A stretch of 64,000 nt of DNA, from positions 33,358,001-33,422,000 of the forward strand of contig CM097885.1 of NCBI GenBank assembly GCA_044892525.1. The letters run 5' to 3'. Below, in pieces: positions 23,763 through 37,967 of the stretch; position 1 is the stretch's first letter; every line of letters starts with the position of its first letter. The position numbers and the translations under genes are program-made. The notes beneath the pieces are model-generated. The model made no database searches. It saw only the letters and a program-made list of their open reading frames with translations, and was not told the DNA's origin. This DNA is from Schmidtea polychroa (lineage: Eukaryota).

Positions 23763-24086
23763 TTCAATGATGTTCTTTATATAATTAATATTATTTTCTT
23801 CAGCAATTGTCTATGTCAGACTAAAGAAAATTTAAAGTATTAATTGATTTCATAAAATAATTAGGATTACAATTGCATTTCTTAATAAATCTTTTTATTC
23901 ATTATCTCAAATTCTTTTAAATAAATTGTAAATTTGCAAATTTGAGTGAAAAATGTGTATTTTACGTTGTAGTTATAATATAATACAATTTATTTTTGCA
24001 ACTGCAGGTGTTTACCCATAACTTATATATTCATGTATTAAATGAAAATGCTGAAGTAAATGTTTCCTTTTAATTTTATTTCTTAA

Positions 24087-24290
24087 CCCTTTTAATACTG
24101 TAGGGACATATTGTCCCAGAGAATTTCTAATAATTACTAAAATAATTTAAATGCTTACAAATGGGATTTTAGTACTGTATAGTCATAGGCTTTTAAACAA
24201 GTCCAAACCTGTCTGCTTTGTTGCTGTTTGCTGTCTGCTTTTTTTCTTTTCTATAACATTTTGTCAGTCTAGATGTTGCTATTGAAAGGG
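24087..24290. mobile_element. piggyBac-type MITE
   Basis: TTAA|CCCTTTTAATA ... TATTGAAAGGG|TTAA. Confidence 0.75.
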
Positions 24291-24690
24291 TTAAATAAAA
24301 TTTCGAATAATTTTATGTGATAATTTTATTATTATAATTAAAAATACTATATCAATAACGACAAAATGATGAAATTTTATAGCTCTTTTTTAATTTTTGT
24401 CTCTGCTTTTAAATCCCAAAAATCAGCATGATTTGTTCAACGACACCGATTTATTAGAGCTATTAATTATCGATTCAAATTAACCAATCATCATTCAACA
24501 GTGATCCTTGAGCAGCTAATTTTTATTGGTCTGATTTCACAAATCCCTCAAAAGTAGTTCCCGATCTCTATAAAAATTTAATTATCTACTATTAAACCAC
24601 AAAAATTTAATTAAACCATTGCATCTGCTACATTCAGAATTATCAGCATTTTATTTGAATATTAGTTAATTAATTTTTATTTTTGTAATA

Positions 24691-27600
24691 CAGGGGCGCT
24701 CCAAGCGGGCGTGCAACGCGTGCGTGGCATGCAGGCGGCCATTTGAAAGGCGGCAAATTAAAAAAATGCATTTGCAAAAACAACAATTTCATTTTGTAAA
24801 ATTCATTTTTTCATTTTGTAAAATAAAAAAAAAGTTTCGACTATTTTGTTACTGAACGCACACAGTTTGTGTAGTATCATTGAACGCACTCCATTAATTT
24901 TTATATATCTTGGCTTGTCATTGACAAATACTATTACACTAAATAACTTTGACAAGTTGTCAAAGTCATTTAGTGTTTTAATTTTGGATTCAAAACAACA
25001 TTAATATTTCCAGTTTTTAAATTTATAAAAATCAATAAGATTTTTATTTAAAAAAAAATAGAGATATATAATATTAGATTAGAAAGCAGGATTGTATTAT
25101 AGAATTTGGTAAGTATAATTCAACTTTTTCTATATTTTTGTTAAACATAAGTATTATCATGTACGTTAGATATTTATTATTTGTATTATTTGCACCATTA
25201 GATATGACCGGAAGAAAAACAAAACGTTTATCTGGCGCACAATACAAAAAGCAGCGTTTAAATAAACTGAAATCAATGCAGAGTTTGAAGAATTCGCTTT
25301 CAAAATATTTTAAAATACACCAACAGCGTCGTCAAGCACACCTATAGAAATAGAAAATAATGTTACCATATCTGTTGACGATAATAAAAGTTCTAGTGAT
25401 AGCGATGAGAATGAATATGAAATTTTTACAGAAATTCGGTCTGAAAATTCATCTGTTGGAAATTCATCTGACGAAAATTGTGAAGCAAATATAATATTGG
25501 ACGATCCAGGTATGTGGGCAAATAATATATCAAGTATTACCGCACGTAACCTTGTCGAAAGAGGACCGATTCAAATAAAAATTTTCGAATTTCCATTGTC
25601 AAGTGGGCGTAAATTTTCAAAAAAGTATTATTTAAGACAATTGCCGAACGGAGAAGAAACACAACGCGAATGGCTTGTGTATTCAATTACTAAAAATTCT
25701 GTGTATTGTTTTTGCTGTAGGATATTTGATTTCAGTGATAAAAGCAGTCTATCCGATTCATCTGGTTTTTCTGATTGGCAACATTTATCGTTAACTTTGT
25801 CTCGACATGAAAAAAGTCAGTTTCATAATGAAAATATAAAAAAATGGATATTGTTAAATAAATCATTAAAAAATAATACTACAGTTGATAGTGCGAACCA
25901 AAGACTATTACAAGCCAAACGAAAGTATTGGTATGAAGTAATTCAACGAATAATATCTATTATTCAATATCTTTCTAGGCAATGCCTTGCCATAAGAGGA
26001 AAGTCAAATCAATTATATGCAAATAACAATGGAAACTTTTTGAAAGCAGTAGAAATGGTTGCCAGATTTGACCCTATTTTGCAAGAGCATGTACAACGGA
26101 TTGAAAAGTCTCGAAACAATTTGAAATATATGCCTCATTATTTGGGGGATAAAATACAAAACGAAATTATCAATATTATTAGCACAAGTATTAAAAACGC
26201 TATATTAGATTTAATTAGAAAAGCAAAATATTTTTCAATTATATTAGATTGCACACCAGATGTTAGTCATACTGAGCAATTAACTATTGTAATAAGAATT
26301 GTGAATTTGGAATCAAAAAAAATTGAAATACGTGAACATTTTTTGGGTTTCTATCAAATAACAAATACTACCGGCGAGGGGTTAACCGAATTTGTTTCAA
26401 AAGAACTTTCAAATCTAAATTTAAATATTCATAATATGCGTGGACAGGGATATGACAATGGTGCCAATATGCGAGGAAAGCATAATGGCTTACAAAAAAA
26501 GAATTTTAAATATCAACCCGCGAGCATTTTTTGTACCATGTTCTGCTCATAGCTTAAATTTAGTTGTTAATGATGCGGCACATATTTCACATGAAACAAT
26601 AACATTTTTTGATTTAGTACAAGAAATATATGTAGTTTTTTCGGCGTCAACTAAAAGATGGGCGATAATAGTAAAATATTCACCGAATTTAAAATTAAAA
26701 CCCCCGAGCGATACAAGGTGGTCAAGTAGAATTGATGCCATACAACCACTAAGGTATCATACTGAACAAATTTATAAATCTCTTCTTGAAATATCAAATG
26801 ATCAATTGATTGACTTTAAAACCAGACATGTGGCAAATTCTCTTTCACTAAAAATATCAAGTTATCGTTATTTATGTTCCATTGTTATTTGGCATGAAAT
26901 TTTGATGAAAATTAATGTTGTTAGTCAAATATTACAGAACCCAAACACCGATATCAATAGAAGCGTTACCGCGTTAGATGATTTAATAGAGTTTTTTTAA
27001 AAATTGTCGTAATGATAATGGATTTGAAAAAATGCTTACATCAGCTAGTGAATTAGCCGAAAAATTACACGTAGAACCTAAATTTCCAGAAGTTTCAAGT
27101 TTAAGAATAAGAAGAAAAACAACAAATTTTGATTATAAAGGCAAGGATGAACCAATATTAGATCCAAAAACAAATTTTAAAATTAACTTTTATTTCTGCA
27201 TTATCGACCAAGCATTAGTATCAATTACAACAAGATTCGAAGCGTTAAAATCGTATAATGATATATTTGGATTTATGTATAATATTAAAGATATAACAGA
27301 AGAAATACTTTTGAAAAGCTTCAAAGATTTACATTTGAAATTAACTGACGAACAAAGAAATGAGTCCGATATTAATGGAATTGATTTATTCGAAGAGATA
27401 AAAACTATAAAGGTATTTTTAAAAGAAAAAGATATTAAACCTCAATCTATATTATTATATATTTTACAAAATGATCTTCAGGCAACATTCCCAAATATAT
27501 TCATTGTGACCAGAATTCTATTAACATTACCAATCTCAGTTGCAACAGGTGAAAGATCGTTTTCAAAATTGAAGATAATTAAAAATTATTTACGATCAAC

Positions 27601-27996
27601 TATGCTCCAGGAACGTTTAAGTAATATATCAATAATTTCAATAGAACATGAAATCCTAGATAATTTAGATATGCATGACTTAATTTCACAATTTACTTTG
27701 AACAAGGCAAGAAAAGTCTCTTTTGTATGAGTAGTAAACTATTAATTTCATAAACTTTCTATTGTTTGTGTGTACTAAACTATAACTTTCCTAAACTTAT
27801 CTGTTTTGTGATAAATAAACTATAATTTTCATAAACTATTGCATGTGATATGTGTGTTCTACCGTAGTTAGTTTAATTTTTACTTTAATTAAATGTTATT
27901 TTTATTTTGGATTATAGAAACTTTTTTGCAGCAAGGATGAAGAGCGGCGGGAAATTATTTTGCACCCAAGGGGCCTAACAGCTCGGCGCGCCCCTG
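24691..27996 (+). mobile_element. Full-length hAT DNA transposon (ZMYM1-like transposase), inactivated by frameshifts
   Basis: TIRs CAGGGGCGCTCC / CGGCGCGCCCCTG. 8-bp TSD TTGTAATA/TTTTAATA. Transposase ORFs inside. Confidence 0.93.
25204..27730 (+). pseudogene. hAT transposase (TTF-type Zn finger, DUF4371-like core, hATC dimerisation domain) with frameshifts near 25315, 26500 and 26995
   Basis: MTGRKTKRLSGAQYKK, WLVYS..VYCFCC, IILDCTPDVSHTEQ, GQGYDNGANMRG, CSAHSLNL, TRWSSR, LPISVATGERSFSKLKIIKNYLRSTM. Confidence 0.92.
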
Positions 27997-28833
27997 TTTT
28001 AATACCTTTACGTAGGACCCCTTATCAATTTTTAATTATTACATTTGTCTTTAACGTTTTGCTTTGCATTTGAATTTTTTACTTCTAAATTTATTTGTGT
28101 ATTATTATGCAACCTGCAATATATTATATATCATTAGTTTCATCTTTGAGCATGACTGATATCTATGATTTGTTGTAAAATAAAAACAAATTTGTAATGA
28201 AATATATTGAATTAGTGAAATTTAATTGTTAATTTAACAATATTATTTTAACATATCAATGACTTCTAAAGTAATTACTATAATACTTACAATTAGAAAA
28301 CAAAACTTCTGTCTGAATATGCCTGTTTCAATTTCCTTATCAATTTATTGTGAAACTTCGTTTCTAAATCATCGAAAAAAAATGTAAAGAAATAACACTT
28401 AAGAAATGATAATTTTCATAATTACTCAATTAATAATATATTTCTATTGTTTGATAAGTTTTTGTCGAATAAACAAACATAATTCTCTATTTATTTAATT
28501 TTTCATTATCTTAATTTTACAATTATAGTAGTTAATTTATTGAATAAAAATCTTTCAGCAATTATTGAAATTAAATATTTATCACTTTTACATTATTATT
28601 ATAATCTTTTATCGATTTTGACTTTTCTTTAATTTCATTTTCAATTTCATTTATCCCTTGTTCCTTTTGACCAAAGATCGATGTTTTAACTCGAAAGAAA
28701 TGAAAATAAAGAAAATTGTAAACATCCTATATTGAATATCCTCGAAAGGGTATCAACAATGGCTTATTTTAACATTTTTAAAATGACTCAACTTACTATT
28801 ATTAACCTATTGAAACAAAAATTAGATATAATA

Positions 28834-28965
<132 letters not shown>

Positions 28966-29246
28966 TGATAATTTAAGCCTTTTGCTGCAAATAATGTATT
29001 TAATGAAAAATCTTTTGACTATAAGATAGTCCGTGCCAATCTCCTGGAATTTAGCAATCTTCTCCCCGAAAATACATTTCTATCTTTCTTTTTTTTCCTT
29101 TTCCTTAATTCTCATTGGTTATAAATATAATATATACTTTCTTTTTATGAATTTTTTTATATTACAAATTTTAAAAATTTTATTGAAAATAAAAATTAAA
29201 AATAAAATAAAATAAATACCATTTAAAATTCCAAAATGACACAAAC

Positions 29247-29281
<35 letters not shown>

Positions 29282-29699
29282 TAATAATAGGTATTATTTT
29301 GTATGTAAATCTAAATTTATTTGTATGTTTTTAATAAAAGATATTCTATTGAAATCTTTTAAGGAAACCTTGTCCAGTAAAATTTTACTTCAATGGTTAA
29401 CTTTCTCGACGTTTGATCACGTTACTTGATCCAATTGGTTAATTTTCTAATAATTTAGAATATTTTTAATTAAAAAATATATTTATTAAAAAGAGAGTTT
29501 GAAGACTATAAATCAGTAATATATCGATGTTTGTTGATACTGACGAATTTTCAGCACTGCCTTTTTCATGTGAATTTCATCATTTTTACATTTAATAATT
29601 ATTGTTGGGGAAAAATAAATTTATTTCTTTTAATTACCAAAATAATATTTCCTATTTTTAAAATTTTATAATTTAATTTAATTTTCAATTTTTTAATAT

Positions 29700-29974
29700 T
29701 TTATTTTATAAAAAAAACGTTTTCCATATTTTCTATATTTTTTTAATTTTAAATCTTAAATCTAATTAAATATTAATTTAGTTGAATGTTGATGGACAGT
29801 TTAAGTTTTTTGATATAAAGAGTCCGCGGCTAATCTTTGCAATGAATTTTTGAACGCATCTTGTAACATTTTGCAAACAAGATTCAACGAACACGTCAAG
29901 AGCAAAACCAACAATTATCACGAACACTCTGCAAAAAAGTGCCCAAATCAGCACCACTCTTACACAAAACAAAA
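29700..29974 (-). mobile_element. Short Penelope 3' copy with 5' inversion
   Basis: 29700-29875 matches the reverse complement of ~10128-10315. 29876-29974 matches 10029-10127 in direct orientation. Confidence 0.8.
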
Positions 29975-30296
29975 CTTTCTTTATAATAAATTTCAATGGA
30001 AAAAATAATCAGTGGAGAAATTGGAAGAAAAAAAAAGTTCCTATAAAAAATATACTATTTAAATTAATTTAAAATATTTTTAAATGTACAATGTCACACA
30101 AAACAAACTTTATAAAACTCTGACAACTTTACTATCACTCTACGTCAAATATCACAGAAGAACGTAGTGTTCTCAAATCGGTTTAAACAAAATTAATGTT
30201 TGTGATCGCATTTGACGGCGATGAAACAACATGGTTATCGAATTACTAACTTCAAAAAATGAAAATGTTAAAAATTTCAATAGAAATCAATATATA

Positions 30297-31511
30297 TTAA
30301 GTTGGCGGAAAAGTTCTGTCGTATTTTACTATCTGCATTTCATTTTAATAAGCAGGTTAAATATATTATTTATCGTGTCCACCACATGACATTCCATCAG
30401 AGGCCAGTTCATCAGATTACAATTTTATCACTAACAATCACTAAGTTTATAATCAAAATAAGAAATGAAGGATGGAGATAAACAGATAACGTTGAGCATT
30501 ATAAACGGGAAATATTTTTATTGAAATCCATTGGAACCAAACAATTTATCCTATTTGTGCCTGTATGAGTTTTTGTGATAAAATTGTAATGTGATGAATT
30601 GGCATGTCTTGTGAACTGATGAACTGATGCCCTGTGATGAGATGGGTGTGTTGAATTGTCACGAGGTGAACAGTCCTAAAACCCTTGTTGGAGAGTACTC
30701 CACATCTAACCTCTAGTGAAATTACTTAGGAAGTCTGCATTCACCATTTGACTGGAGAGAAACACATCAAATGATCTTGGATTTGTCTTAATGAAGAGTA
30801 TTTGGGTTCCGCACAATTTAACTGAAAGAAATTTATCAAATCGTGTGAGAGTCTGTTCATCTCACTTTATTATGAGCAATGTAGAGCCTATTTTTGGACA
30901 AGTTCATTAAGGGGAAATGAAAAGCGTATATTTTACGAAAGTATAAAGAGAAAAAAAGCTTACTGCAAACCTCAAATTTATGCCACAATTATAGCATAAC
31001 CAGATTTTCATCAACAGAAGATGATGCTCTGTTTGTGATGGGATAGCAGAGGTCCACTGTACTAAGATCGACTTAAAAAATGATAAACCATCAAAAGTGA
31101 ACACATATTGTAATCAGATTAGTAAATTGAATGCCACTCACTAGGAAAGGCGACCAGTATTAACGAACAGAGAAGGAATTCTGTTCCATTACGATAATGC
31201 CTAAACCACATACTGCAATGGTGACTCAAGGAAGTTATTCATCACCCACCATATTCATCTGACATAGCTTCATCGGATTACTATCTAGTTCGATCACTTC
31301 AGAATTATCTGACTGGAAAGAAGTTTCTGAATATTTTGGGCCCAATGACGAGAACTTCTGCACTAGGGGAATCCAGTAAGCTTCCTGAAAGATAACAGTG
31401 AGTGGTTGAAAATAATGGACATTATATTGTTTTTTAAAATGTAATTAAACGTTATTAAAACTGACCGAAATATTTTATTTAAAATACGACAGAACTTTCC
31501 CACCAATATAA
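30297..31511 (+). mobile_element. Degenerate mariner transposon
   Basis: TA-flanked TIRs TTAAGTTGGCGGAAAAGTTCTGTCGTATTTT / AAAATACGACAGAACTTTCCCACCAATATAA. Relic motifs WVPHNLTE, HYDNA, HPPYSSDIASSDYYL. Length ~1.2 kb. Confidence 0.9.
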
Positions 31512-31525
31512 TATTTTATCTAAAA

Positions 31526-32053
31526 CAGCGTTTCCCAAAATGGGTTCCGTAAATAAATAATATATAAAATAAAAGATTTAAAAATAAAGATTAATAAATT
31601 CTCGATTTTATTCGATCCAATTTAAAATTCTTTTTCAATTCTTTTTCAAAGGGAAACCACAGTTTTTTTAATTATATTGTTTTAAAATACGCTTTAAAAA
31701 TACGAATTTAAAATTAGTTTTAATAATATTTGATAAAAAGGTAAGTAATTTTTTCAATTTTTGAAAATAATCGTATGAGTATCTTTTATATTATCGATAA
31801 ATTTTGTGAACAGTTAACCCAAATTTTTGTGATGATGGAACGTTGGTTAAAACAAGGGACTTTAAAAAATAAGAACACTTCAATAAGTGCATCTACTGCT
31901 GACAACAATACTGCTGAAGGTATTTCTGAAGAACCGAAGCCCAGCACTTCTACAAAAAATGATCATTCTCAATTAAAAAGACCAACAAATGAGTCAATCT
32001 TGTGTATAAAAAGACGAAAATATGACATCAGTTATTTGTCGCATGGATTCTAA
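31526..32053 (+). mobile_element. 5' fragment of hAT (Buster/ZBED5-like) transposon
   Basis: TIR-like CAGCGTTTCCCAAA followed by MERWLKQG...KRRKYDISYLSHGF. Confidence 0.65.
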
Positions 32054-32840
32054 AAGATTAATGATATTGCAAATTTATTTGTCAAAAAATATCTAATTGT
32101 AATATTTTTAATAAGCTTCAATATTAAATTGAAAGAACTTTGTAAAATTTTAATAATAATAAGTTAAAAATTTAATGAATAAAAAGATGTAGTAGTTTTG
32201 TAAAACGGAAACGTTGCCGTCTATCCAACTAAAGTGTTTGTGCTTATGCTAATCACAATGATTAAGAAACAGTCTTAAAATCCTAATCAAACAAAGCTTT
32301 CACTTTATGTAAATTATTAATATCAATTTTTAATTTTTTAAGTACGAACTCAATTTTAATAAAAAGTTTTTGTAAAGAAATGCTTTTTTTTGCAATACTC
32401 GATTTATAAAAGAAACATTTATATTTTGTAATTTTACTTGAAATTATATTATTTTATTTGTATATCAATTTAGTCATTTGGGATTTTGTTTAAATAATAG
32501 TCATTTAAAACAAAATATCGATTTTAACTTTTTGTCTTGAATGAATTTATAATAAATAGAAAATATATAGTTAAAATTGAAATAAATTAATTCAAGTCAC
32601 TTTCTGTTGACTTACATGGACATATGATATTTCATATAATAATGGCCTGAAATCATATGCATATTTGGTTATTAATATGGACATACAAACGTAAAACGTC
32701 AAAAATTATACTGTAATGATTGTTTAATAATAAATTTAGTTAGTATGGTTAATAAAAATAGTCATTTACTAAAATTATTTTTTAACACGTCCAGTGCGAA
32801 GGGATTCGTTGAAGATTTTATAAACGACCCAAATATGTTA

Positions 32841-33368
32841 CAGGGTTTTCCTAAATGTTTAATCACTTTGTCAAAATGTTTAATCTTTTTGTCAACATGT
32901 TTAATCATTAAATTAAATAATTTTGTCATGAGATCAGAATTTTATAAGACCCATATTTGAGTCACAAAAGATTATAGCTATCGTAGTAAAAACATAATTT
33001 TTTAAAATTAAAAATATAAAATAATATTTTTTTAAAATGCAAAATTAAACTAAATACTGCTCGTTTTGAGCGTGTGATGAGTTGTGCTGTTACACTAAAT
33101 GGCATGAAATAAAGTTGAAAAGTTTATTTATAATACATTTATAATACATATTTATAATTATTTATAATTTCTACTTTTAGTTTAATTTTACATTTAAAAA
33201 ATATATTATTATATATTTTTCATTTTAAAAAATTGTTTTTTATTACGATAGCTATAATCTTTTGTGACCCAAATATTGGTCTTAAAAAATTCTGATCTCT
33301 TGACAAAATTATTTAATTTAATGATTAAACATTTTGATAAAGATTATGAAACATTTAGGAAAACCCTG
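32841..33368. mobile_element. Tc1/mariner-type MITE with long (~200 bp) inverted arms
   Basis: TA|CAGGGTTTTCCTAAATGTTT ... AAACATTTAGGAAAACCCTG|TA. The arms stay complementary far inward. Confidence 0.85.
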
Positions 33369-33924
33369 TATATGAATTTATTTTAGTATATCATAGCAAA
33401 CAATAAAATATTACGATGCAAAAGAATTTCAACTCTCTGAATTAATATCTAATTAATAATATTAATAAAGGAAAAGATGAAGATGCTTACTTATCTTGTG
33501 AAAAAAATTGAAGAAAATATAATTGCGAAGGAAATCAAATTAAACAGAAAAACTGTTGATGTATATAAAAACATTGAAAACGTTAGAAACGGATATATTT
33601 CAAAAATGATTTGATGACCAAATTTCAAATGCACTTAAGGTTACAACTTGTAACTCTCAAGTAATTAAAAGATATTCAAAAATTAAATACAGTAAAACAA
33701 GAAAATGTAAAATTTTAAAAATAAATACTTCGTTTTATTTTATTAAAAATTAGAAATAAATCAAATAAAAAAGATATATAAAATTATTTGAATAATTTAA
33801 TTTTACTACATAGGTTGATGGATGTTATTACTATAGTCAAACAATTTAGGTGAAATAAGTGACTAACGATAAATCTTTAAAATTTAATTTTGGCCATATA
33901 TAAAGAGTTTATTGTACATATTCA

Positions 33925-34398
33925 CAGACCAGACTCCTGGCATAGGCGATATATACAGCTGCCTAGGCTTCCAAATATTAGAAACAAAAATCGAAATTTT
34001 TTAAGGCAATAATTTTTTTATAATATAAGATTATTTTTTAAAAATCGTACAGTTAGCTTATCTAAACAGAGTTTCCTGTTCCACTCCTATTTAAAATCTC
34101 GACAACAATTATAAAATCTCCTAACACGTCAAACTAGTTTGAAATCACAGTTACAGTTACAAATGACTTTTTATTATAATTTAGACACTTTGTCTTACCT
34201 ATCTTATATCCATTGCAGCCTGCTATATTAAAACATGTATTATTAACTTAATGAAAAATTAAAAAAACAATTAATCAATTACGCTAACTGTTATGTATAA
34301 TGCCATTTAGCCCTATTTCTCACACTTTACTATTTGCGCAATGCGGGCGCCTTTATAGATGACTGCCTATGGTGCCATATTGCCTTAGGTTGGCCCTG
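33925..34398. mobile_element. hAT-type MITE
   Basis: CAG...CTG termini with degenerate TIRs. Perfect 8-bp TSD CATATTCA. Confidence 0.75.
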
Positions 34399-34809
34399 CA
34401 TATTCATTGTTTTTTGATAGCAGAATATTGAAAATAAATAATGAAATAATTATTAATAAGTAATTAGTACAAAGTAAATATTGTCTTCCGAATGAAGAAT
34501 AAGACCATGATCATAGATGTTGTAGAGTTCGTTGGTTTATATTTATTGCTTATATTTGAGTATTTAATGTATCATTGCGTATGTAAAAGAGATTTGAAGA
34601 GCCCAGCCGAGTCACCAGTAAATAAACTGTCTCGGGACAGCTGGGGTGAATGTGTGTAAGTTACAGAAAATTATGATAAACAAATGAATGGAAACGATAA
34701 TAATATAAAATTACAACTTTTATTTGAAAAACAATAAAATAATACGCACTTTATGTTGTTGGGGGGGAGAGATTGATGTTCTAAATGTTTTGAATCTTTT
34801 TGACTTTTT

Positions 34810-35100
34810 TATTTCTGTTTTCTTTTGTCTCTAAGTTTATTTGTTTGGCAATATTTTGAAGTACGTTGGTTTCTATATTCTCTTGTTACTAAGTTTATTC
34901 TTTGGACAATATCTTGGCAATATTTTAGATCACTTTGATTTCTGATTTCTTTTATTTTTAAATTTATTTGTTTGACAATATTTTGAATCACATTGGCTTC
35001 TGTTTTCTCTTGTCACTAAGTTTATTCTTTGGACAATATCTTGACAATAATTTGAGTCAATTTGATTTATAATTCCTCTTATTTCTACGTTTATTTCTCG
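34810..35100. repeat. Degenerate minisatellite (~57-69 bp units)
   Basis: Recurrent CTAAGTTTATT..TTGG(A)CAATAT(C/T)TTG blocks. Confidence 0.6.
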
Positions 35101-36419
35101 CGATTATCTTTTGCTTCGGCGTTATGGAGTTATAGATTTTTTAAGTTTTATCAATTTATTATTTTATTTGTAATTTAAAAATAAATATAACATAAAAAAT
35201 ACAACAATCTACATCAAGTGCCCATTTGAAGACAATATCACAATAGAAACCTCAAGTATGGAAAATCAAAACAAATACCGCAAACTTGCCTAAGACATTT
35301 AAGAAGAAACCAGGATACACACAACAATAGATAAAAAAACAAAAATGATCGAGTTAGTTATAAAAATAAATAGAAATATGAAAAAACCAAAACATAAGTC
35401 AATTTTTTAAAATTATTCAGCGAAAAAAGGTGCCGGAACGCCGTTCCGAAGCGTTCCGTCAGAACAAAAGCACTGGTTTAAATCCATTTATGTTCTATTA
35501 CTAAATAAAACCAAATATTTATGTCGAAACTGATAAAAGTTTCCATTTTTCATTTTTATATGAGTATAAGCTGAAAATAACATTCAAAATAAAATAAACT
35601 ACAATTGTTATTTTGTCAAAAGCGAATGTGTGCAAAATAAATATATCAGTCAAAAATATTATTCTGATTATTGTTAATGAATAAAAATGATTTTTTTTAT
35701 TTACATAAGTTTTTGATTTTACGCAAATATTTGTTTAAATCCTCTTCGAAATTTGATTTATCAAAATAAACTCGATTTCACAAATAATATCGACAATTCA
35801 TGAAAAAATTCTAAAAAAATTGAGAATGAAATAAATTTCCTCTTAAAAGATTTTTCTCGAAAATCTTCTTATTGACAAACCTCATGCCCCTTTTTGTACG
35901 AAATAAAATCATCTATAATATAAAATGCCCCTTTTTGTACGAAATAAAATCATCTATAATATAAAATAAAATCAATGAGCTTATATTATAAAAAAACAAA
36001 ATTACATGTTTGCTGACTTTTAATGATGCATGGAAAAAATTATTTATATAGAAATTGATAATTGAACTAATTGAAATGAATTGAAATAAATTGAACATTC
36101 AAACAAAATATAAAGTAAAACAAAATTTATAGTAAAAATGAATGTAAAATTTCAATATGTAGCAATATTGCATGGAATAAAAACATTTAAAATTTTTATT
36201 GTTTCAAAAACAATGACAAATAAAAATCTAGATTTTAATGCCGAAACCAATACTGAATTCAATCTTACAATAAATTTGATTGAAAAAGATCGATTAAATA
36301 AAGGTGAAAAACTAAGACAGAAATTACAAATTCTAATGTGATTTGTTGTATCGACTTTCCAAATCAGAGTGATGACATGCATTTATTTTGCAACTTCTTC
36401 GGAAGTTCAATTCAATTTG

Positions 36420-37415
36420 GGAGAGAATTACAGAGGAAGAGTATGAAAAAGCTTGACATATAGGAGATGAGTCAAATTGGTTAATTTTAAACTTGGATTT
36501 CTTTCAACTATTTTGTGAAAGATCTATTGCAAAAATCCGTCTTGAACCACTTAATTTCTTGGATTTTCCGAATGTACTGGTATTTGGCTAAGATGAATCT
36601 TTAATCTCCAACCTGTTTATTCCAAGACATGGAGATGTATAATTTCTTCCAAAAGGGATTCGGTGGGGTGAACATTTGTTAATATGCTAAAATGTAGTAT
36701 GTTCCGACAACACTCAGCTTTTATATATTGATATTAATAATTTATATGGGTAGGCAATTAGCCAAAAGCTTCCATAAATAGATTTTGTTTGGGTAACGGA
36801 TAAGGAAGAGTTAAATAAAAGAATTTTTTATTGCAAATCATCAGATACAAAAATTATTTCTTTTGGTTATACATCAGAAGTCGATCTTGAAATCCCAGCT
36901 GAAATTCATAATAAACTGGTCGATTTTTCAGTTGCTGCTGAAACAATGTGGTCACCCGATTCAAAGTTTGAGAAGTTGATGCTCACGCATTATCCAAAGG
37001 TGGATTATATTCTTATTGGAGACTTCTAAAGCTTTTTCTTTCATTTGGGGTAACATTAAAAAAGGTTCACGGGCCATTAAATTTGGACAGGGTAATATTT
37101 TTACAAATTATATTGATACCAATACGCCATTTAGAGCGGAATCAAATAATGCACTAGATAAAAATTACTATAAATTTTTAAATTATAGTTTCTACAGTAA
37201 AACCGTAAAAAATTGTAGGGTACTAACATAAAACATGTGTCGTACCTAGATTGATATTTAAATTATGGAACCCTTTTCGCTCCTCAATTTAGGATAATTA
37301 ATGATAAAATCACCAGCTTTATACATTTAAAAATAATTAAACGGCATTAACCAATGCAGACGAAAAACAGTTATGGGTGGAGCCCAATAAAAGTTTGGCA
37401 TATCGACATTATAAG
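36420..37415 (+). pseudogene. Family B DNA polymerase relic of Maverick/Polinton (adintovirus-like) type
   Basis: DMEMYNFFQKG, LLYIDINNLYG*AISQKLP, GYTSEVDLEIPAEIH, RAIKFGQ..YIDTNT..NYYKFLNYSFYSKT, HQLYTF..ALTNADEK..SLAYRHY, with stops and frameshifts. Confidence 0.8.
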
Positions 37416-37605
37416 GGACGTAACTTGGTTATGACGGCCTCGGTAAACATCAACCAAGTAATTTATTCGAAAAATATCGACCCACTTTTCAATTCAGAAT
37501 ATCATCATCATTTCCCAGATCATGGATATTAATTTTATATATGTTTTTAAATATATTATTTTATGTTAGTGGAGATTTGTTTTCCTTTGATTTTTATTGA
37601 GTTAA

Positions 37606-37818
<213 letters not shown>

Positions 37819-37967
37819 CATGTATTTTCTTCTCTAAATGATCATAACCCATCCTTGCCCATCACAGTTTCTTTTAAATCTAAGTTACCCAAAATTTTGA
37901 CCCCTATACTAACCCTTAACTGACCTTCCTTATCCATAAACATCTTTCAATCGAGTTTGTGTCGTTC

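Noticed and set aside
35420..35476. Single TIR-like ends (also ~18803 Tigger-like and ~46300 piggyBac-like)
   Set aside because: No partner TIR or TSD found, so the elements cannot be delimited.
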